The notes under the pieces were generated by a model, which saw only the letters and a list, made by a program, of their open reading frames with translations, was not told the DNA's origin and made no database searches. Source: a virus. From it: a stretch of DNA of 64,000 nt. Position 1 is the first letter of the stretch; each line of letters opens with the position of its first letter. The stretch is from the IMG/VR virus record IMGVR_UViG_3300032287_002972, positions 103,991 to 167,990 of that record; one strand, given 5' to 3'. Both the position numbers and the translations under genes were made by a program. Below are positions 55,841 through 64,000 of this stretch, piece by piece.

Positions 55841-56302
55841 TTATTTTCCATTATAATCCTTTTCGGATGTGATAACATCATTTTGTTGTGAATACGTTTT
55901 AATAATATTAGAAATAACGACATTCTTCCACCATGGAATAGAATGTTCACTTTCAGGGTTATAACCCCCTTCAACCAAATACGAAATAATTGTATTTGGT
56001 TCTAATGTTAGGAAACCATGTGCCTTTGTATTAGGAATGTAGACTGCCTCATCTTTAGTTAAATGTTCATATTCAACTTCACCTGTTTCTAAATCTAAAG
56101 CGAAATCAATAATCTCACCCTGAATAACTTTTACGTATTTTTTTTGTGACGGATTAGTTTGGTAATGTAATCCTCTAAACGTAAATTCTTTTTCATTAAT
56201 ACTTATAGAACATTGTGTCCAATCGACTGATAGTGTTTTTAAATCAATAGGGGTATATGAACCCCTATTATCTACAAATGTAAGATGTTTAAATTTTTCC
56301 AT
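55841..56302 (-). CDS. rfbC: dTDP-4-dehydrorhamnose 3,5-epimerase
   Basis: DNRG, RGLHYQ, Q.K.V, AHGFLTL. Confidence 0.85.
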   Translation of the reverse strand: MEKFKHLTFVDNRGSYTPIDLKTLSVDWTQCSISINEKEFTFRGLHYQTNPSQKKYVKVIQGEIIDFALDLETGEVEYEHLTKDEAVYIPNTKAHGFLTLEPNTIISYLVEGGYNPESEHSIPWWKNVVISNIIKTYSQQNDVITSEKDYNGK

Positions 56303-56304
56303 AA

Positions 56305-58239
56305 TTAATATTGTGATATTTTCCCTATTTTAGTAACATTTTCACTATTAAAAGTTTCGTGAGCGCTTATAATACCATAAAACGAAACTTTTTCTCCAAT
56401 TTTATTAATAACAATTCTGTTATTAAAGTATTTTTTATCTATTTCTCCAAATTTGTATAAAATATTACCATTAGAATCAACTAAATCATGAATGATTGTT
56501 TCACCATATTTTGTATTTATTGTTCTAACACCTGTTATCGTTAGTTCTAAAAACACTTTAGAACCGATAGTCCCCACATGTTTACTATTGGCAATTTTTT
56601 TAACAACTTTAATCTTTTTATTTTCCCAAGCATCATAATCATTAATGAAACCTAATGTTGTTTTTGCTCGAGTATATGCAACATACTTTAAATTATTCTC
56701 TTGTTCAATTTCCCAAGACAAAAAAGCGTTTTTAGATGGTAATAATTCAGGATGTAAAATAAAAACTCTTTCAGATTCTAGCCCTTTTGATTTATGTATT
56801 GTACTTAAAGAAATACCTTGTTTATTATCATCTGAAAATATGTTTTCTATTTTTTTGATAACAATAATGGGATCATCAATTTCATCACTTAACCCTTCAA
56901 TAATATCTACTTTTTCATTAAATAAAATAACATTGTTTTGTTCTAACGCTTCTTGTCTGTTCATACTGTTATTAACCATAACTTTATCAATTAAATTTTC
57001 TTTTTCTTGATGTAGTCTGGCAAAAACGTTTTCCATATTAAATTCTTCATTCTTTCTTTCACATTTATTTATCATGTTTATTAAAGATAAACCAATATCA
57101 GAACCAATAATATATGATTTCTTACCTTTTGATAATAAATGGATACAAAAAGAAACTAATGGAAAGGTATTTCTACATAAAACCATATCCCCATCTTCTA
57201 TGTCTAAATGTGAAAAATCATGAATAACTTTTCCTTTTTTATTTTTTGGATGTGGTAAAATTTCGGAATTAATGTCTTTAACCATGTTAACAATTTCAGG
57301 TGAACATCGATATGTTTCTGATAAGGGTAACTCAATAGTGTTTGGGATTTCTCTTAATTTATTATAAGATTCAGCGTCCGCACCTGCAAAGGCATAAATC
57401 GCTTGTTTAGGATCACCAACGGCAATAAATCTACCTGTTTCTGGTTTTATAGCTTCTTGCATTAATAATCTTTGACAAGTATTCAAGTCTTGACACTCAT
57501 CAATAAAAACAAAATCATATTTAGGGACATTTAATTTTAACACATTTGGTAGAAATATCATGTCTGTATAATCTATCATATCCATGTAATTCATACCCAT
57601 TTTAGTTAAATAAAACGCAATTTCACATTGTTTATCTTCTGTTATAACTGAATGTACATTTGATAAAAATTTTAATTCACTAACACCAACAGAAAATGTA
57701 TTGAAATCAATATAATGAAGTCTACCTAAATTCGATAACTTTAATACATCACTCTTAAATGTAATGTCAAACAAATTTTTATCGTTTATTAAATTTTTTA
57801 TTTCATAAAAATACCCGATATTTATTTGGTCAAAACTATATTTAGTTTTTAATATTGAATAGTCTTTAGTTTTTAAACAGGTAATGATATCCTGATATAA
57901 TAACCTATACTTATTCTGATTAATTTCTGGATTAACTACCGAAGTTAAAATTGTGTAACCAAAAGAATGTACTGTCCTAACCTCTATACATTTGTTTAAC
58001 GGAACTCTCTTTTTTAATTCGTCACTTATGTTTTTATTAAAAGCCAAAAATAGTACAGAATTATCTTTAGGGATAATTTCAAGAGCCTTTATTAATGTTG
58101 TTGTTTTACCACTACCAGCAACCGCAGAAATTAATCCATTTTTTTTATCTTTTGTGATAAACTTAAAAATTTCTTTCTGATATTTACTAGGTGTAAATTT
58201 TTTAACAACTTTTTTTGTTTCCGTTATTTCAGTATTCAT
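56305..58239 (-). CDS. UvrD/Rep-family SF1 helicase
   Basis: AGSGKT, DECQD, GDPKQAIY, YRC, TIHKSKGLE, YVAYTRAK. Confidence 0.92.
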   Translation of the reverse strand: MNTEITETKKVVKKFTPSKYQKEIFKFITKDKKNGLISAVAGSGKTTTLIKALEIIPKDNSVLFLAFNKNISDELKKRVPLNKCIEVRTVHSFGYTILTSVVNPEINQNKYRLLYQDIITCLKTKDYSILKTKYSFDQINIGYFYEIKNLINDKNLFDITFKSDVLKLSNLGRLHYIDFNTFSVGVSELKFLSNVHSVITEDKQCEIAFYLTKMGMNYMDMIDYTDMIFLPNVLKLNVPKYDFVFIDECQDLNTCQRLLMQEAIKPETGRFIAVGDPKQAIYAFAGADAESYNKLREIPNTIELPLSETYRCSPEIVNMVKDINSEILPHPKNKKGKVIHDFSHLDIEDGDMVLCRNTFPLVSFCIHLLSKGKKSYIIGSDIGLSLINMINKCERKNEEFNMENVFARLHQEKENLIDKVMVNNSMNRQEALEQNNVILFNEKVDIIEGLSDEIDDPIIVIKKIENIFSDDNKQGISLSTIHKSKGLESERVFILHPELLPSKNAFLSWEIEQENNLKYVAYTRAKTTLGFINDYDAWENKKIKVVKKIANSKHVGTIGSKVFLELTITGVRTINTKYGETIIHDLVDSNGNILYKFGEIDKKYFNNRIVINKIGEKVSFYGIISAHETFNSENVTKIGKISQY

Positions 58240-58294
58240 ATGATGATGTTAAGTTACAAAAATAAATAAAAAAAATTAAATAACCAAATAATTG

Positions 58295-58813
58295 TTAAAA
58301 TATTTCTCTTAATCTTTCTCGTTTGATTACTTGTTTTAATAATTTAACATAATCTTCAGATTCAGCATAGTTACAGGATAAATATGTGAAGTAGTCATCC
58401 TCTGTTTTAATCCGATGAAGATAAGTCGCTTGTAAAAAAGCGTAATCATAAACAGATTCAGTCCAATTAAAATAATAAGCATATCCGTATAGTAAAGAAT
58501 CTGATGTGGTAACTCTACTAGTTGATCTTTTCATACCAAATAAGTTGTTATTACTAACAAATATTTCACTTCTAAAATGACCAGATTCAACAATACTTTG
58601 TGCCATAACAATATGTGGATACCTTAAGTTTGTTCTTTTTAATAAATTGATAAGTTTTTCTTTGGAAAAATCTCTTTCATGGTGAATAATTTCAATATTA
58701 TTAATCTCCTTCGTAAAGAAAAAATCAGAATAACGAGCACCAAAAAAGAAACTAATTATCATTAGAATATGTAAAAGGAATAATATAATAAATTTACGAA
58801 TTTTAAAATACAT
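58295..58813 (-). CDS. GH73 glucosaminidase with N-terminal TM (endolysin-like)
   Basis: AQSIVESG, NNLFGMK, YAES..Y. Confidence 0.85.
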   Translation of the reverse strand: MYFKIRKFIILFLLHILMIISFFFGARYSDFFFTKEINNIEIIHHERDFSKEKLINLLKRTNLRYPHIVMAQSIVESGHFRSEIFVSNNNLFGMKRSTSRVTTSDSLLYGYAYYFNWTESVYDYAFLQATYLHRIKTEDDYFTYLSCNYAESEDYVKLLKQVIKRERLREIF

Positions 58814-58841
58814 AATTATAAGTTTTATATAAATACCCTAC

Positions 58842-59390
58842 TTATACCGATAAGTAGAGTCTATTGAAATTATATGAGGCAACTGCGTTGTTTTTAGCGA
58901 TATCACCGTATCTATTCATTACATGGTTATAAACAACTTGATGATTTTCATTAATTACTTCAGATAATATTTCACTAAATCCATAATTTGATTCATCAAC
59001 TATTTCTTGATTAACATTATGAACACCACAAATATATGCCTCTCCGACTTCTGAAATAAACATACCAGAATAAAATCCTTTTAATTTAAATTTTTCAACA
59101 AACTTATCTGCGTTACACCATATGTAAACTGAATTATTTTTTTTAATTAAAGTAGGTACAAAACTATGGTCAATAATATAACCACCATTATCTTTAAATA
59201 AATTCATATTAAATAAACCAAAGGGCGAACCATGACCCATCATCATAACTCGGTCATATTCTTCCATTTTTTCAATCAATTCTATTTTAGAAACACCACC
59301 ATCAATAACTTTTTTTTCAGGTATTGATTTGTAAATTTTTTCTAAAAAAGTCGTTGTGTTATCCTTTGGATGTACAATTAAAGTTCTCAT
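58842..59390 (-). CDS. conserved phage protein (GHGSP.GL...WCNAD)
   Basis: His/Cys motif, possibly caspase-like fold. Confidence 0.65.
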   Translation of the reverse strand: MRTLIVHPKDNTTTFLEKIYKSIPEKKVIDGGVSKIELIEKMEEYDRVMMMGHGSPFGLFNMNLFKDNGGYIIDHSFVPTLIKKNNSVYIWCNADKFVEKFKLKGFYSGMFISEVGEAYICGVHNVNQEIVDESNYGFSEILSEVINENHQVVYNHVMNRYGDIAKNNAVASYNFNRLYLSV

Positions 59391-59665
59391 GAATTTAAGA
59401 TATTAAAATGTTAACAATATTTCTTTACTTTCTAAAAATATCTAAAACAAAAAAGATAAAACTAAAAACACCTGCAATAAAAAATGGTGCCATGACCCAC
59501 CACCAAGATAATGTGATTGACCCGTTTAATTTTAATGTCGTAAACAGTATAATTGTAAAAATAAAAAATTTTACACTGTTTTTTGAAATCTCTATTTTTT
59601 CCATATTTTTTTTTGAATTGCAAAGATATAGAAAAAAAATTAATTATCCAACTTAATTTATTTTT

Positions 59666-59956
59666 TTACCAATTAGTGTCAAATTCGGTTTCATTATCCC
59701 ATTTGTCCATTTCATCTATTTCATCAGATATGTGACTTTCAATTAATGATTCTAAAACCATAATTTCATTTACCCATTCTGGTAAACCTACATCGTTATT
59801 TGACTCAAAATGTACTACTTGAAATAAATCTTCATCCAATGAATTATTATAATCATCAGAAACATAATATGATACATAAACATCAAATTCCTGATCTGTA
59901 TTATCATCATATACAGTTATTACTTTTGTTTGTAACCCTTTTTTGTTGTTATTCAT
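59666..59956 (-). CDS. acidic hypothetical protein
   Basis: ORF. Confidence 0.6.
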   Translation of the reverse strand: MNNNKKGLQTKVITVYDDNTDQEFDVYVSYYVSDDYNNSLDEDLFQVVHFESNNDVGLPEWVNEIMVLESLIESHISDEIDEMDKWDNETEFDTNW

Positions 59957-60252
59957 CTCTTTGTATTTTATTATTTAATATATATCTTATTTTATAAAAA
60001 AAATGAAAATGGATATAATATACTTTGAAATAAAATTATCATTATAAAAAATAATAAACAAAACATAGATAATATTACTAATGCAATGAAAAATATTAGT
60101 TTAATTATAAAATTACGGTTCGTAAATGATACAAATAAAAATTTTAAAATATTATTAATCATAATTAAAGATTTCTATATAAAAAAGAAAACCCTCAAAT
60201 ATAAAATTTGAAGGGTTTTCCAAACATAATTATTCAAACAACCAACTATATT

Positions 60253-60489
60253 TTAATAACGAAAAACTTCGTTTGTTTTAGTATTTATAACCATAATTTT
60301 ACGTGTAATTGGATCTTCACCAATCATTATATCAGGTATACTTTCAGTACTGTTTCCAACTAAAAAATCTTCACCGGTACCAATATCAACTGTTTCAGTA
60401 TCAGAAAAATCATCAGATTCCATTTCATTTATTGTATTTTTTACAATTTTTTCAATGTCATTCAAATTTAATTTTATTATTTTTTTCAT
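60253..60489 (-). CDS. small protein with MKKIIKL..NDIEKIVK..INE leader
   Basis: leader motif. Confidence 0.65.
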   Translation of the reverse strand: MKKIIKLNLNDIEKIVKNTINEMESDDFSDTETVDIGTGEDFLVGNSTESIPDIMIGEDPITRKIMVINTKTNEVFRY

Positions 60490-60507
60490 TTTATTATTTG
60501 ATTATAA

Positions 60508-61767
60508 TTATCTTGATTTATTTTTCAATTCTTTAATTACTGAATTAACTAAAAAATTAATTTTCTTATTTTCATTGATTTCTTCAGGACTTGAACTCAT
60601 CATATGTACATCTAAAGTGACTGTTTCTAAAATTTTCTCTTCTGGTACTTCAAGTATTTTGGATTTTAACTCTTGAATACAATCTACAAGACCATTAACT
60701 ATATCGTTATTATTAAATAACGGTTTATTTTCATCATATTCTGTAACATTTACTGTTACCATAGAACTATCTCTAAATATTTTTTTGTAATTACCGACAC
60801 TATAATCATTAAGTTTTTTTACTCTAAAAGAAACATTAATGGACGATTCCCAAGTATAATTATTCTCATCGTCCATAGTTCCCTTTAATGTAAAATCTAA
60901 CCTAACACCAGCTGAAAAATTAAGTTCTCGAAGCCCTACCTTATTTAATTTATATTTCTTAGTAAGACCTTCATATGTATTTGTGAATATCCTATCAATA
61001 TCCCAATTTTTATATTTCTGATTATATTGTCTTGCCTCTTCTGTTGTTCTATCTAATTCATCTTTAACATCGATATCGCCATCTAATCTTGATAATGTTG
61101 TATCAAAAAGTTCTTCTAAACTACCATAAGGTCTGACTGAATGTACATTAATTAAAACATCATCATTTTCTGTCCTACCTTCATATTCATCTAAATTTTT
61201 TTCTTCAAATTTATAAAATGGTATTCCTCTTTTTATTGATTCTTTTAAAAAATCTGTATCATTAATTAAATAATTCCTTAATAATGCGAATATATTTTTT
61301 TTATTAGATAATTCTATACTCTGTTTTTTTCCTGAAGGTGCATATGATGTACCAAGATCAACACTTCTTGGTTTATCTGTTAGTCTAAAAATACTCCCTG
61401 GTGTTAATTTAGCCTTTGGAGTACTACATTTAACAACACTCATTGTTAAACCTCGTTCTTCGAATTCTTTTAAAAGAGTTTGTAGTTCTTCATTACTTCT
61501 GACTTTATCTTCAAAATCCTCACAATCAGAAAACATTATTATAGGCACACCATTTATTTCCCACGCATCTGGAACTCCCTCTATTTCACCTCGTCTATTC
61601 TTGAATGTTGTTTGGTTATCTTTAGAGAATAATGCCTTAAATTTTTTAACTCTATCTTTGTTTTTATCGTCTCTAACCCCTCTTGTAACCCTTGCCATTT
61701 CATCGACATCAGTACTCAAAGATTCTTTAATGATATTTTTTAAATAATATTTTACTTTTTTATCCAT
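60508..61767 (-). CDS. hypothetical, probably virion-associated protein
   Basis: IIKE leader, upstream TATTTATA. Confidence 0.7.
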   Translation of the reverse strand: MDKKVKYYLKNIIKESLSTDVDEMARVTRGVRDDKNKDRVKKFKALFSKDNQTTFKNRRGEIEGVPDAWEINGVPIIMFSDCEDFEDKVRSNEELQTLLKEFEERGLTMSVVKCSTPKAKLTPGSIFRLTDKPRSVDLGTSYAPSGKKQSIELSNKKNIFALLRNYLINDTDFLKESIKRGIPFYKFEEKNLDEYEGRTENDDVLINVHSVRPYGSLEELFDTTLSRLDGDIDVKDELDRTTEEARQYNQKYKNWDIDRIFTNTYEGLTKKYKLNKVGLRELNFSAGVRLDFTLKGTMDDENNYTWESSINVSFRVKKLNDYSVGNYKKIFRDSSMVTVNVTEYDENKPLFNNNDIVNGLVDCIQELKSKILEVPEEKILETVTLDVHMMSSSPEEINENKKINFLVNSVIKELKNKSR

Positions 61768-61819
61768 TTTTAATTTATATTTTAAACTTATATATAAATA
61801 TCAGTTAAATTTAATTTAT

Positions 61820-62047
61820 TCATGAATTGTTTACCATATATCTTATTTTTTCACCTAATTCCATATCATTTGGTGTGTCTTTAACAATTTTTTTTGGTAT
61901 CGTTAGTGTTTCCTCATTTTTTTCACCATTATAACATGGTTGACATAATTGACCCATACCTTCAACATAACCATACCTTAAATGGATATTGGTTTCAAAA
62001 TCATATGGTGTAATATTTCCACACATTACACAAGTATCTTTTGCCAT
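61820..62047 (-). CDS. small Zn-finger protein
   Basis: CVMCG...YVEGMGQLC..CY. Confidence 0.7.
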   Translation of the reverse strand: MAKDTCVMCGNITPYDFETNIHLRYGYVEGMGQLCQPCYNGEKNEETLTIPKKIVKDTPNDMELGEKIRYMVNNS

Positions 62048-62096
62048 AACTTTTTTTTTATAAAAATACAAAAATAGTTGAAAAAAAACAAGTGTT

Positions 62097-63530
62097 TTAT
62101 ACCATCGTTTCAGTTCCTGTGTTCTTTGATATAATGGGTGTTGCAACCCTATTAACATCCATCGCTAATTTATTTAAAATTCTTTCATAGTTGGGGGCAG
62201 TTGCGTATCTGTTCCCACTTTTATTTACAAAATTAGTCAATAGGTCCTTTGCTGATCTCCCTTTACCTAAATAATTTTTTGCTATTAAATCATAGTACGC
62301 GTTAATCCCTAATTGTACATCATTATGAAATATATTTTCACCAGTATCAACATTACCAACATTAAATGGATTTTTGGTACGGATTGGTCTACTATTTAAA
62401 TTCCCATTTTTAATACCCCCTTCAAGTACTAATTGACTTAAAGCTAATTCAGGTGCAACATATTTTTTATATTTATCAAAAGCACCTTTAGCACCTCTCG
62501 CCATCATTTCACCAGTGATACCTAATGGGTTTGGTGTATTTTTACTTATAAAAGCATCACATATTTCAATATAAGTTTCATAACCTTCATTTGTATTTAA
62601 ATCTAAATCAGTAAACCCTTCACCACTTATTTGTATGTCAATAAAAGATTTTAATTCTTCTGGTTTCACACCTCTTGCTCTTAATAACTCAATTAATTTG
62701 TTTAACATTTCTGGCGATGCAGAAATATCCGTTGAAGTTGATGAACTTGTTCCACCATATTGTAAATGAAAATGTCCTCCAGTAGATGCGGATGAAGGGG
62801 TTTTATATTCATCTATAAATGAAAATTTAGAATCTTTTGATTTGTATTTATTTAATATTGTTGTGAAATCATTTGAAGATTCTGTATTGTGTGGGTTTAA
62901 TGTTATGTCTATCGCGTTACCTTCAGTATGTTTACTTTTATATCCTAATCGTTTATGAAAATTATCATTTCCTGAAGTTATGGTAACTTTAACATTAGGA
63001 TTTGATTTTTTAAAATCATTTAATATATTGCTAACAATTGTACTTATCTCGTTTGTGATGTTTCCACCGCTAGTAATTTCTGAACCCTTTTCGGTATAAC
63101 CTAAAGTATCTAACGTTGTTCTTAATTTGTTTGCATCCTCATTTAATTTATTTAAATGATCCGATGTGAATTTCTGTACAACCTCACCTGTTTCTGGTCC
63201 AAATAATCCGTCGATTCCGTATTTTGGTAATTGATAACCTAATAATGTTAAACCAATCTGCATAGATTCAACTGATTTTTGATAACCCATTTCACCTGAT
63301 GATTGTTGTTTTAAACCACCAGAATTTGCTGCGTCCTCAATTGTTTTAAAAAAATCTGAAACATCGGGGCTAACAAAATCTGCCTTCTTTGGATCATCTG
63401 TAGATTTATCAACATCTGATTTTACTCCAATTTTATTTAGAATATTATCAATAAAACTTTCATTGATTATTTTATTACCATAAGTAATTTCATGTATCCT
63501 ATGTAATTCTTCTTTAAGACTTTTTTTCAT
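62097..63530 (-). CDS. multi-domain peptidoglycan hydrolase (PG-binding + M15 peptidase + lysozyme-like)
   Basis: IDGLFGPET; SKH..G.AID...HFH; LSQLVLEG..NPFNVG..YATAPNY. Confidence 0.8.
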   Translation of the reverse strand: MKKSLKEELHRIHEITYGNKIINESFIDNILNKIGVKSDVDKSTDDPKKADFVSPDVSDFFKTIEDAANSGGLKQQSSGEMGYQKSVESMQIGLTLLGYQLPKYGIDGLFGPETGEVVQKFTSDHLNKLNEDANKLRTTLDTLGYTEKGSEITSGGNITNEISTIVSNILNDFKKSNPNVKVTITSGNDNFHKRLGYKSKHTEGNAIDITLNPHNTESSNDFTTILNKYKSKDSKFSFIDEYKTPSSASTGGHFHLQYGGTSSSTSTDISASPEMLNKLIELLRARGVKPEELKSFIDIQISGEGFTDLDLNTNEGYETYIEICDAFISKNTPNPLGITGEMMARGAKGAFDKYKKYVAPELALSQLVLEGGIKNGNLNSRPIRTKNPFNVGNVDTGENIFHNDVQLGINAYYDLIAKNYLGKGRSAKDLLTNFVNKSGNRYATAPNYERILNKLAMDVNRVATPIISKNTGTETMV

Positions 63531-63663
63531 ATCCTGACAAATATTTAAATGTTTTTTTAAAATATATGTAAAATTAATAATTTTACATATATAAATATAA
63601 AATTATTAATTTTTATTTACCAATAAAAAAATTGTTGGTATTTATTATATATAAAAAATAACA

Positions 63664-64000
63664 ATGGTAATATATGGTGTTGATGTAACAGGATCACTTT
63701 TTGTTTCAGGTTCTTCAAAATTTGACGGTAATATGTTTATAACTGGTTCACAAAACATATCAGGATCGTTAAATGTTTTAGGTTCTATTTTATTAAATGG
63801 TGAGCCATTTACTGGAAATCAGGGTCCACAAGGAAATCAAGGACCAACTGGTCTTCAAGGAACCAATGGAACCGTAGGTACACAAGGAAATCAAGGACCA
63901 ACTGGTCTTCAAGGATTCCAAGGTAGACAAGGAAATCAAGGACCAACTGGTCTTCAAGGAACCAATGGAACCGTAGGTACACAAGGAAATCAAGGACCAA
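63664..64000 (+). CDS. collagen-like (Gly-X-Y) fibre protein, 5' part (runs off the window)
   Basis: MVIYGVDVTGSL...GNQGPQGNQGPTGLQGTNGTVGTQG; not in the ORF track. Confidence 0.85.
   Translation, partial: MVIYGVDVTGSLFVSGSSKFDGNMFITGSQNISGSLNVLGSILLNGEPFTGNQGPQGNQGPTGLQGTNGTVGTQGNQGPTGLQGFQGRQGNQGPTGLQGTNGTVGTQGNQGP

Noticed and set aside
63793-64000. Minus-strand repetitive ORFs in the track
   Set aside because: Antisense of the collagen-like + strand gene starting at 63664.
1-64000. Stop-codon reassignment
   Set aside because: Conserved enzymes (ThyA, helicase, ligase, MTases) are intact in code 11. The short array ORFs each have their own conserved start and change frame at junctions.

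Overview
AT-rich fragment of a large lytic phage (jumbo-phage-like), standard code 11. The host is probably Bacteroidota: many TTTG-N20-TAnnTTTG sigma-A-type promoters and A-rich starts without Shine-Dalgarno. 1-18 kb (+): promoter/terminator/palindrome cassettes of small early genes, plus a C5 DNA methyltransferase, HNH, GP88-like protein, SAM-lyase-like protein, kinase and anticodon-less tRNA-like RNAs. Around 18.0-18.5 kb the strands converge at a perfect parS-type palindrome. 19.2-35.1 kb (-): an unusual tandem array of about 80 translationally coupled 30-100 aa paralogues built on a 4-residue Q-[VIL]-x-x repeat, just downstream of a DUF6745-like gene that lacks its usual repeat insert and its (H/R)QGD partner gene. 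A second, split/permuted copy of this gene pair sits at 2.7-5.5 kb. 35-63.5 kb (-): RNA repair, nucleotide metabolism and envelope genes (RNA ligase, P-loop kinase, ThyA, N-MTase, GT2, LpxH-like, RmlC, UvrD helicase, two peptidoglycan hydrolases), more tRNA-like and structured RNAs, and the start of a collagen-like fibre gene. The best candidate novel system is the QVxx mini-gene array with the DUF6745/QGD module. The second is the family of tRNA-shaped RNAs with variable cargo. Family names come from motif recognition by eye, not database searches.
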